NCBI GenBank assembly: GCA_025786725.1
Contig: JAHLTZ010000024.1
Location: forward strand, 379,509 to 443,508
DNA length: 64,000 bases
Source of the DNA: Syncephalis fuscata S228
Taxonomy: Eukaryota > Fungi > Zoopagomycota
Reading direction: 5' to 3'
The notes under the pieces were generated by a model that did no database searches, was not told the DNA's origin, and saw only the letters and a list, made by a program, of their open reading frames with translations. Position 1 is the stretch's first letter. Each line of letters begins with the position of its first letter. The position numbers were made by a program, and so were the translations under genes. Below are positions 1 to 10,503 of the stretch, piece by piece.

Positions 1-67
1 TTCTTTTCTTTTATTACGCAACTTTCTTTTATATTGTGTGGTATTGTGCTTACTTTTGTTTACAGCG

Positions 68-1860
68 ATGGCGTCTCGTTTTGGCTTGTCTGGTTTGCTG
101 CGGGCGGGTATGCGCGGTTCTCCGGTAAGTACGATTGCAATCCCGCCATAAGAATGGTGCCTATCTACCGATAAGCCAACTGATCAATCAACATTGCTAT
201 AACTGAAAGCGATAACTGGCTTTATCTGATGGTTATGTTGTTTGATCGGTTATATGGTGGATAGATTGGTTATAGCAATAGTATTGGATGAGATCTACTG
301 ACTAATTATTGCTTATTTAGACTATGCGTATTAATCGCTATGCCACAGCTGCTTCAGCGCTCTCACCATCAACACGCACCACTACATTGGCCAATGGTTT
401 GACGGTGGCTACTGAGACACATCCTCATGCACAGACAGCCACTGTTGGCGTGTGGATTGATGCTGGCAGTCGCGGTGAAACTAACGTCAATAATGGAGTT
501 GCACACTTTCTAGAACACATGGCTTTTAAGGTATTTAAATATAATTAATTAATAATGAATGGATGGATTTATTAAACGAATAGCATTGACTAATAATATA
601 TTATTTTTATGATGATATTGCTATTGATTGTGTATACAGGGCACCAAGAGTCGTTCACAGCACCAATTGGAGTTGCAAATTGAAAATATGGGTGCTCATT
701 TGAATGCATACACTTCTCGCGAACACACCGTCTACTATGCAAAGGCATTCAAGTCGGATATTGGTAAAACGGTTGAAGTTTTATCAGATATTTTGCAAAA
801 CTCCACGCTGGATGCGGCTGCCATTGAGCGTGAGCGCGATGTTATTCTTCGTGAACAGCAAGAGGTTGATAAGATTATGGAAGAGGTTGTATTTGACCAC
901 TTGCACGCCACTGCCTTCCAAGGTAAGTAAAGTCGATCTGCGGCAAATGCTAGGCCAGAAAGTAGTATGTTATTAATTGTATACTATTTATATAGGTCAT
1001 GCATTGGGTCGCACTATTCTAGGACCAAAGGAAAATATTCTTTCATTGCAGCGCGATGATCTTGCTGGCTACATCAAATCCAACTATGCTGGTAACCGAA
1101 TGGTGTTGGTTGGTGCCGGTGCCGTTGACCACGGAGAGTTGGTTCGTTTGGCTGAGCAACACTTTTCAGCATTGCCAACTACTGGTGATGATGTTGCGCA
1201 GTCAAACCGTGTCAAGCCTCGCTTTATTGGATCGGATCTACGTATTCGTAATGACTCGATGCAACAAGCACACATCGCTCTTGCCGTTGAAGGTGTTGGC
1301 TGGTCGCATCCAGACTATTTGCCCATGCTTATCATGCAGACACTTGTTGGTAGCTGGGATCGTGGTCTAGGTGCTGCCACGCATTTGTCATCTCGTCTTT
1401 CAAATGTTGTTGCACGTGACAACCTTGCCAACTCATTTACTTCGTTCCATACTGCCTACACTGATACCGGTCTTTGGGGCATCTATCTTATTAGCGAACG
1501 TCTTACACATCTTGACGATTTGGTATATGTCGCACAAAACGAATGGAACCGCTTCTCTGTCTCAGTGACTGAGGCTGAAGTGGCCCGTGCTAAGCAACAG
1601 CTAAAGGCTGCTCTTCTACTTGGTCTTGATGGCACGACCGCCATTGCTGAAGATATTGGTCGCCAGCTACTTACCAGTGGACGTCGTTTGTCGCCAGCCG
1701 AGCTAGAACAGCAGATTGACCAAATCTCTGCCGCCGATATCAAGCGTTGCGCCAACACCTATCTATGGGATCGTGAGGTTGCCGTCGTTGGTCTTGGCCC
1801 GGTTGAAGGCTTACTGACTACCAGCGCATCCGTGCCAACATGAGCTGGAATCGCGTCTAA
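68..1860 (+). CDS. MAS1: Mitochondrial processing peptidase beta subunit (M16B), 4 exons: 68-124, 321-530, 640-922, 996-1860
   Basis: Arg-rich presequence [17 protein letters not shown]; HFLEH inverted zinc motif; [10 protein letters not shown]; GT-AG introns at 125, 531 and 923. A 1-nt frameshift near 1814 hides the canonical end GL(P)[14 protein letters not shown]. Confidence 0.95.
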
Positions 1861-2221
1861 GCGTGTTGAATTTGTGTGCCGATGTTTAAGATGAGAATAA
1901 CAGTTATAATAGCAATTGGTTACAATTGTTTACAGTCTAAATAATCGTTGGAAAATAGCCAGATTCTACCCTTAGTAAACATGGTTTTAAACCAATAATG
2001 CTGTTTGTGTTTTTGCATCTATGATAAATATATTAAATACAGACATTATCATACTGGTCTGGAGTGCAACGAAATAAATTATAAATACAGTTTGTTAATA
2101 AGAGTCGTTTATAATGAATTCAGTGCTACAAGATTTGGATTTAATACATTAGATTCAATTGCTGCGTACTATAATTGACTAGTTGTAGTTTTTTATTTAT
2201 TTAAAAGTTCAAATATCATAT

Positions 2222-3140
2222 TCAGGTAGATAGCGAATGGAACATTTCTATAAATGCATCTACTGGCTGTGCGCCTGATAATACGTATCTAATATAATGT
2301 AAATAACTACCAATGATAATTGCGTTGCCTTTCTACTTACTTGTTGTTGACTGTAAAGTGTGGTACACCAGAAATACCTTGTCGTGATGCAGCTGATGCC
2401 AACTTGCGAGCTTCATCGGCGCCAGTACCAGCGCGTAAATACGCTTCAACCTGATCGCCAAACATAAGTGTCAATTTGTTATTCATTGTCATTGTTTAAT
2501 TGCTACCTTTTCTTTATCAAATCCGGCTTGTTCAGCCGCTTCAACCAGCATTGGTAGCGAGGCAGGTGATTGTCCGTGCTCATGTACCTGGCTAAATAAC
2601 GTTTCCATAACGGCATCCTGCTTAGCTGCACTGCCACCATACTCGGGATTGCCAGCATAGGCAATTAACTGGTGGGCAAGCAATGTATTGGCTGTTTTGC
2701 CATCCCAGTAAAAATTAATATCTTGGCTTTGTCCTAAAATGTCTATGAGTTAGCATGCAATAAAATATGTAATGGTAGCTTGCCCATGCTAGCTAAGCGT
2801 TGATGCATCGCTTGAATACGACTGGTACTGCCAAATTTACGCTCCAAATACTCTGATCGATCCATTTCCTCGGCCATATCCGGTGCTAGCTGGAAAGGTA
2901 GCCAGCGTACTTGTACATCGACATCCGGCGACTGTTCTATCGCTTTCTGTAATAATAGCATTTGTATCATATCATTTAACTGCGAGTATTATTATTATTA
3001 TTATTACTTACATCGAGTGAACGTTTGCCCAAAAAGCAGCTAAATATAAATGTTAGTAAACTATTGTTATATGATTAAAATACTTACAAAGGACAAGTAA
3101 CGTCGGATACAACATCGATATGAACAGTTTGTTTAGCCAT
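2222..3140 (-). CDS. DsbA/FrnE-like thioredoxin-fold oxidoreductase (multi-exon)
   Basis: Spliced reading MAKQTVHIDVVSDVTCPF|CFLGKRSL (CPFC split by an intron), then VRWLPFQLAPDM, GISGVPHFTVNN and LSGAQPVDAF, all typical DsbA_FrnE motifs. Confidence 0.85.
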
Positions 3141-4024
3141 ATTGAATTAAAACTGAAAGAAAGTAGTAGATACGCCTATGGCTACCAGGTATCTATTTGC
3201 TATAATGCTGTATTAGTAAGCATGTGGGCTGATCTACAAAACACCAATAATTTACAGTTGTGGTAAATGGAACGGGTAAATTAGTCAGCATTGAATGGCA
3301 GCTGTGAATTAATTACATGTTTTGCGCTGTTTATTTATTAATTATGTATTTGAGAGTTATAAAGCAATATAGTATTGATTATACGCTGATTGACTGTAGC
3401 AATAAGATATTTCAACCATTAACCAATATAATTAAAGGTATTTTACCAGTTACTTGGCTATCATTCAGACTAGTTTAATTCCAATATTTATCACAGCTAT
3501 TGGCTATTCATTTATAATTAGTTCCAGCTAATCTATTAATTAATAAAACGATGCGTTATTACTACTTTGTTCCAAGTAGAATAGTAAACATATGGCCAAT
3601 TTTGCATCAATCTTGAAAGACTTGTATATTTTCTATGTTTAAGAATACTTAAATTTATTAATAAATAACCATTAATCAGTTACTAAGAAAAATAATAGTA
3701 ATACAAAAATTGATTAATGCAAAGCTAGACAATAAAGAAAAAATGTCAATCCAACTTAGTTATCAATTAGACTGGTATGATGATAGCTGCAAACTCAACA
3801 AAACTATACTAAATTTAAAACCAAATTATAAAATTGTTGATATTAATAAAGCAAATGTTATACTATTTTATAGCAAAATGATACTCTAATAAGAAATAAG
3901 ATTAAAAGAAGAGTTGAGGCTTGTTCAGTCTTTCTATTTGTTGTTGTAAGCGATATCGCGCGTCAACTAATCACATGATAATACAATTAATAGTTAACTA
4001 CTATGATCATAATTAGCAATAGCA

Positions 4025-5158
4025 ATGGAAAAATTAGTTTACCACAAATCCCCCCTATACAAAATAGTAATACGCCTTTTTCTTTGCAAAGCTATGTCGG
4101 TTTATGGCTCACGATTCTTTACACACGTAATTCCAAAATACTCAAGGGTAGGTTGCCCTCAGTATGTCGCGATATTACCGGCACTAGTGCAAACATGTTC
4201 AACAGGCCGTACTTCTTTATTGTTAGATAGTGCGAGTAAACAATCTAGCCGGCTATACTTTAGTACCATCAGTACAACTACAGCTGACAGTCAGTACGGT
4301 TTACTTCAAAATAGCTATACACGCGAATACTCTACAGAATTAGCAAGCACGTGGCATCGATTAATCAAAAGTGCTCATTCACCGGCACAGCTACGTGCTA
4401 TTCTACATCGACTTTGTTACAAGCATCCGCAGCCACACCACGACACACTTGAACTTATTTTGCAGCGCTGTATACAATTAAGCCATGAACGCCCAAAATC
4501 AATATCTACATCGAATAACAATCAGCTATCGCTTCAAACTGATTTGTACGCTGTTATACAAGAAATACATCAATACTTGCAAAGCAATGCGTCATTAAGC
4601 GTGTATAATTTATTACTAACTGCTTACGCCGAGTGTGGTGCTATCGACGATGCAACGTTTGTACTGACGGAAATGCGAGAAGCCGGCCTATGGCCAGACT
4701 ATACAAGCCATTTGACAATTGTTACAGCTCAAGCGGCCACCGGATCTTTTTCATTAGCCTTGGATAGTGCCTACACTGGAAGTCAACAATTGGCACGTCA
4801 ACTATACCTGAGACGTGGCCTAAAAGGAACACTGTGGATAGGATATGGTTTTATTGGTCTTAAATGGGCCAGTATGATGCTGGCAGGCATGATATCTGAA
4901 CCACATTTACAATCGTTGTTGTGGCTAGGAACAGGCATGACCGCATTTACGTTAGCAATTCATGTTATGGTTGGTATTTGGATTACACCGACAGACACAC
5001 CAATCAAAGCATATGGACAAAGCAAATTCAACACTCATCATCGGGGCAATCAAACCGATGAATCGTCTGTTTTGCTATTGCTAACTCGCCGTGATATTAA
5101 AAAACATCTTGAAACAATGGCTGTACAATCATTATTAGCTGCCCGGAAAACCCGTTAA
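4025..5158 (+). CDS. Pentatricopeptide-repeat protein with two C-terminal hydrophobic segments, probably mitochondrial
   Basis: 377-aa ORF with the PPR motif VYNLLLTAYAECGAIDDATFVLTEMREAGLWPD, a basic/hydroxylated N-terminus and hydrophobic helices near the C-terminus. Confidence 0.7.
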   Translation: MEKLVYHKSPLYKIVIRLFLCKAMSVYGSRFFTHVIPKYSRVGCPQYVAILPALVQTCSTGRTSLLLDSASKQSSRLYFSTISTTTADSQYGLLQNSYTREYSTELASTWHRLIKSAHSPAQLRAILHRLCYKHPQPHHDTLELILQRCIQLSHERPKSISTSNNNQLSLQTDLYAVIQEIHQYLQSNASLSVYNLLLTAYAECGAIDDATFVLTEMREAGLWPDYTSHLTIVTAQAATGSFSLALDSAYTGSQQLARQLYLRRGLKGTLWIGYGFIGLKWASMMLAGMISEPHLQSLLWLGTGMTAFTLAIHVMVGIWITPTDTPIKAYGQSKFNTHHRGNQTDESSVLLLLTRRDIKKHLETMAVQSLLAARKTR

Positions 5159-6631
5159 TTGAATTTTAATTTGCGTTCCATATTTTGAGTCTTCAAAGCA
5201 AAATTCATTCCAATTGAAGTCGCGCTGTTATGCACAACATAATTATATTGTTTCCTATTAAGTGTTGTTAATAAATTGATTTAAATAAAAAATGTAACAT
5301 ACTATTTGATTTCTTTAAACATTTGAGGTTGGTCACTATTGTTGTTGGCCATGTATAGAAAGATTGATCAAATATTAACATATTACAATGAATTACCTCA
5401 CCACAATTACAATCACGTTAGCTATTTTAACAATGATATCAATAATTATTTAGTTAATTGTTCTATTTGATTGTACTAGTGCTATTGCACTAATATATAT
5501 ATGCTATGTTCCATTTCATTTTAACTTTTGATTTTAATACTTGTTAATTGAATTAAATAAAATGCCATCGCCATATAAAATATTGTGTGTCATTTAACAT
5601 TATTATACAATTTAATTTAAGCTATTAACCATCTAGTATGATTTGTGGTTAAAATGACTAAATTTAATAACATTTTGGATTTGGATTTATTAGCTTGAGA
5701 CAACGGTCCGTAGGACCTAACCGCGCATTTGCAGCATTTGCCTGCCACCCCGACTAAATTTAATAACATTTGTTCTATTGAACATGATGGTGAGTAGTGA
5801 GTGACATCAACCATCAAATACTCATCATTGTAGATTTATTATACAGTATGTATATATCATTACAGTATGTGTTATTACTATTTATATCCGTTACCTTGTT
5901 TGGTTGGCATTAAAATCATAACTAATTGACATGATCTAGTTTGTTTATAAATGTTTTTAATAAAACATAACTTGTTCATATTCATATTATTTGTTTTACC
6001 AATATAACTCAGTAAACAAACTAAGTGCGATATGTCAATGTTTATTAATAAAATAGCTGGAGCCAACCGACAACGACTATAGACAGCGTATAGCCAATAT
6101 ACAATAAGATGCTAAACATTATAATGAATACGCAATATTGAGCGAGATTAGCAATATTCAAGCTATTGAGCATATATGCATAAGCAGATGACCGACATTA
6201 GTCAATATTTATTAATAATACAGCTAGAACAAAAATAAAAATAGTTTTGGATAAAGGAAGGATAGGCGAGTATATAATGGTATATAAAATAACAAATGTA
6301 CGGTAAGAAATCATATAGACGTTGTTGAGGTTATAGTGCATATAATGCAATGAGGGGAATGAGTAAAGTATATTGAAACATATAAACAATAAAATGTGTC
6401 TAATATATCGTAGAGTGATATATGATAGTATGTGATAGAATAGGAATGATATAGATGAATAGAGTATATATGTATACTGGATAATGAATCTATGATGATG
6501 AGTATTTTAAACCTTGATGTCACTCACCACTCATCATCATGTTCAATAGAACGAGTGTGTAGTTCAGCTACGCAAATGCTATTAAATGCAGTTATTTAAC
6601 CGCCAAATCACACCCAATGTTTATTCTTATT
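5159..6631. repeat. Left arm of a ~1.47 kb inverted repeat
   Basis: Reverse complement of 9029-10503 (ttgaattttaatttgc... to ...caatgtttattcttatt); only a handful of substitutions and 1-nt indels seen by eye. Confidence 0.97.
5640..6611. mobile_element. MITE/foldback-like non-autonomous element, copy 1 (inside left IR arm)
   Basis: No coding capacity; imperfect internal terminal inverted repeats (gatttg..aaatgactaaatttaataacatt..ctattgaacatgatg..gtgacatca..aaatactcatcat..tagatt..tat.cagtat at both ends); homologous to the element at 54.5 kb. Exact ends and TSD uncertain. Confidence 0.65.
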
Positions 6632-7230
6632 TAATTAATAAATGAGATGATATATACAATATGGTAATACAAGCCATAAATTGAATGACATTGTTATAAG
6701 AAGACTATGGACAAATTGAGATACAAATGAGGGAACTGCTCAAGTGATAGAATAAAACAAGAAATAAAAACTAATTTTATAAAAGCAAATATATTCATAG
6801 AACAATGTCATCAGTAAAACGATGCGTGTAATAAGAAGCATAAATAACAAACGATAAAGATAATCTGATTGTACAATAAAATGAACGGTGCTTATTTATT
6901 ATAGAATATTAGTTATATTTTTATTATTTATTCTATTATTAAAAAGGATACTTAAAAATAGCGATTTTTATAATGTTTAACACCAATAATATAATACTAA
7001 TAATAATACTGTATTATGTAAAGGTGATACAATTTCCATGAAAGCTATATTACTAAATACTAATAGTTATATGCTATTTTGATCATTGGCCATGGAAATT
7101 GCTTTATATCAAATAGAGATTTGATAAATGTTTATTTATAATAAATATATTAAAGGCACTGCTGTAGCCAAGCCTATACTTCCATACAAAAATAGAGGAT
7201 CAATGCCATATAGTATGGTTTATTTGATTA

Positions 7231-7413
7231 TTAGATATAGCTATAGTACACGTGTAACGATATTTTGATTCCTAGTTGTGGACAGCTATGATTCTTTAGC
7301 TTCTTGACGGGTAGTGTGTGTTTGTTGGGTGATGCGGCCATTACTTCGGCCAACAACAGAATCGACATCATAAGTGTGAAGGCAAGGATGACGCGTGGCG
7401 TAATGGAAATCAT
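7231..7413 (-). CDS. Small secreted peptide (~60 aa), unknown function
   Basis: MISITPRVILAFTLMMSILLLAEVMA|ASPNKHTLPVKKLKNHSCPQLG...: clear signal peptide in a locally GC-richer patch. The C-terminus could differ if an indel error is present. Confidence 0.55.
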   Translation of the reverse strand: MISITPRVILAFTLMMSILLLAEVMAASPNKHTLPVKKLKNHSCPQLGIKISLHVYYSYI

Positions 7414-8136
7414 TGTATATTCTTTTGTTGTTATTGTAGTAACTGCTATTGTTGGCACGGATGGATAGTGGTCGAAACAGACTGTGGAGTCAAGCACACT
7501 TGTAGCAGTATGAGATGTAATAAAAGTGTTGAAGTAAAACTAACTGTAAACATGAAAGCGATTCATGGTGCATTTGTTCTACTCTAAATAGGGAGGATGA
7601 CCCCCATTACGAGAATCCAAGGGGAGAAAGGTCAAGGACGAAACATTCTTTACTATTCCATAACGGAATAACGGAATCATAAATGTATCATGTGCTACAT
7701 TGATGAACGTCACAGGCTGTAAAAGGCGCGGATATGTTAAAACTCGTATCGGATAAACGTGTCGGCATGCATAATCGACACATGTCATATTTTTAGACGA
7801 AATTTAAACCGAAATATGATGGAACTAAACAGCAATTTGGCGGAAATAAGAAACAGACACTCATGATTATACATTCAGGATGACGCACTGATGATAAAAG
7901 AACAAGAAATTGAGAATAACTAATTAAAAGACTATTATTGTCTTCAGAAGTGGTGAGAAGGTGGCAGCGGTGTAAGTTGGTGGCAACTTGTTTGTCCATG
8001 GTAATTAAAGTGGATTTAAATACTATGAATATACAAATGATTTATTAAATTAATAGTTAGTAAATAACAATAAGATCAGATAAATAAAGCGTTTTTAACA
8101 TAAGAATCTATTATCTTTATTTGAATATTGGTAATA

Positions 8137-8971
8137 TTGTATGAACTTGTCTATACTTGTCAAGAATATGCCTAATTAAATAAAACACAGTAATGTCTGC
8201 TTGATAAATTAGAAAATGACGCGTTTTACGCATAGACTAGTAAGATATATTGCAAACAAATCCTCTGTACCAATCTATAATAAACATTGATGCCAGTAAC
8301 AGTACTGGGCCAGAACAAGCAGTGCAAAAACAGGGAATAATACATATTGTAAAATAATAATGCTAAAAAGCAGTACTGATGAATTAGAATGCTTGTTAGT
8401 GGAAAAGAGCAAAGAGGAGGGCATTTGATGACAAGGTAACAACGCATATAGTCGCTACAGTCATGGTATTGGCAACTGCACATACAGTAGCTGTATACAA
8501 CAAATGTAGTGGCTAATACTGCCAAAGTCGCTGTATGCTTCAGTTTGCCATAGATTGTCACTACAGATTGCTTTGACAACAGCCTTTACAGTCTCGACAG
8601 TAGTATATTGCACTGCCATGTTGAGATTGTAGAACTATTGCTAACTGACTTGTAACGGCGACCTATGGTAAAAACAAAGCATACAACAAGATTTCGACAG
8701 CATATGCTTGAAGCAACATAAAACAAGCCAGGAATGCACTTACCGTGTCAAAGAGGCTGTCAATACCAATGATCAGAGTGAATAAGGTGGTTTGAAAAAG
8801 GTAAGATTAAAGAAGAGCAATGCAAGAGAGTAATGTAAATAGTGTTTGCACTTGACTAGTAGTCAGTAGTTACTGACACTATCTATGTAGCATATATGAA
8901 AGGCACAAGTGTATGCAATGGGTAATGCTGTCAAGTGTGAAGAAAGAGAAAGAAAAGCGTGTGGCGTAGAT
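8137..8971. repeat. Dispersed ~835-bp repeat, copy 1
   Basis: Near-identical direct copy at 24358-25193; contains a minus-strand GT..AG intron-like segment (8663-8743); no ORF conserved in both copies. Confidence 0.92.
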
Positions 8972-9028
8972 TATATGTTATGCGATTGGTAGGCTGCTTT
9001 CATAAGACATGAAGTAAAGTGATGAAAT

Positions 9029-10503
9029 AATAAGAATAAACATTGGGTGTGATTTGGTGGTTAAATAACTGCATTTAATAGCATTTGCGTAGCTGAACTA
9101 CACACTCGTTCTATTGAACATGATGATGGGTGGTAAGTGACATCAAGGTTTAAAATACTCATCATCATAGATTCATTATCCAGTATACATATATACTCTA
9201 TTCATCTATATCATTCCTATTCTATCACATACTATCATATATCACTCTACGATATATTAGACACATTTTATTGTTTATATGTTTCAATATACTTTACTCA
9301 TTCCCCCATTGCATTATATGCACTATAACCTCAACAACGTCTATATGATTTCTTACCGTACATTTGTTATTTTATATACCATTATATACTCGCCTATTCT
9401 TCCTTTATCCAAAACTATTTTTATTTTTGTTCTAGCTGTATTATTAATAAATATTGACTAATGTCGGTCATCTGCTTATGCATATATGCTCAATAGCTTG
9501 AATATTGCTAATCTCGCTCAATATTGCGTATTCATTATAATGTTTAGCATCTTATTGTATATTGGCTATACGCTGTCTATAGTCGTTGTCGGTATGGCTC
9601 CAGCTATTTTATTAATAAACATTGACATATCGCACTTAGTTTGTTTACTGAGTTATATTGGTAAAACAAATAATATGAATATGAACAAAGTTATGTTTTA
9701 TTAAAAACATTTATAAACAAACTAGATCATGTCAATTAGTTATGATTTTAATGCCAACCAAACAAGGTAACGGATATAAATAGTAATAACACATACTGTA
9801 ATGATATATACATACTGTATAATAAATCTACAATGATGAGTATTTGATGGTTGATGTCACTCACTACTCACCATCATGTTCAATAGAACAAATGTTATTA
9901 AATTTAGTCGGGGTGGCAGGCAAATGCTGCAAATGCGCGGTTAGGTCCTACGGACCGTTGTCTCAAGCTAATAAATCCAAATCCAAAATGTTATTAAATT
10001 TAGTCATTTTAACCACAAATCATACTAGATGGTTAATAGCTTAAATTAAATTGTATAATAATGTTAAATGACACACAATATTTTATATGGCGATGGCATT
10101 TTATTTAATTCAATTAACAAGTATTAAAATCAAAAGTTAAAATGAAATGGAACATAGCATATATATATTAGTGCAATAGCACTAGTACAATCAAATAGAA
10201 CAATTAACTAAATAATTATTGATATCATTGTTAAAATAGCTAACGTGATTGTAATTGTGGTGAGCGTAATTCATTGTAATATGTTAATATTTGATCAATC
10301 TTTCTATACATGGCCAACAACAATAGTGACCAACCTCAAATGTTTAAAGAAATCAAATAGTATGTTACATTTTTTATTTAAATCAATTTATTAACAACAC
10401 TTAATAGGAAACAATATAATTATGTTGTGCATAACAGCGCGACTTCAATTGGAATGAATTTTGCTTTGAAGACTCAAAATATGGAATGCAAATTAAAATT
10501 CAA
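9029..10503. repeat. Right arm of a ~1.47 kb inverted repeat
   Basis: Reverse complement of 5159-6631; mirrored spurious ORFs in the ORF track (5617-5817 minus and 9844-10044 plus are identical) confirm it. Confidence 0.97.
9051..10022. mobile_element. MITE/foldback-like non-autonomous element, copy 2 (inside right IR arm)
   Basis: Left TIR-like block ~9051-9195 is inverted at ~9805-9912 and ~9985-10022; the interior aligns with 54660-55085. Confidence 0.65.

Noticed and set aside
5155-5158. TTAA as a piggyBac target-site duplication for the 5.3-kb IR structure
   Set aside because: The right junction reads TCAA, which is itself part of the inverted arm; no CCC/GGG piggyBac termini and no transposase.
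5617-6523. Short ORFs in the IR arms and their mirrors at 9137-10044 and 54682-55376
   Set aside because: AT-rich Tyr/Ile-biased translations, non-ATG starts and frames not conserved between copies; they are by-products of the repeat, with no transposase motifs.
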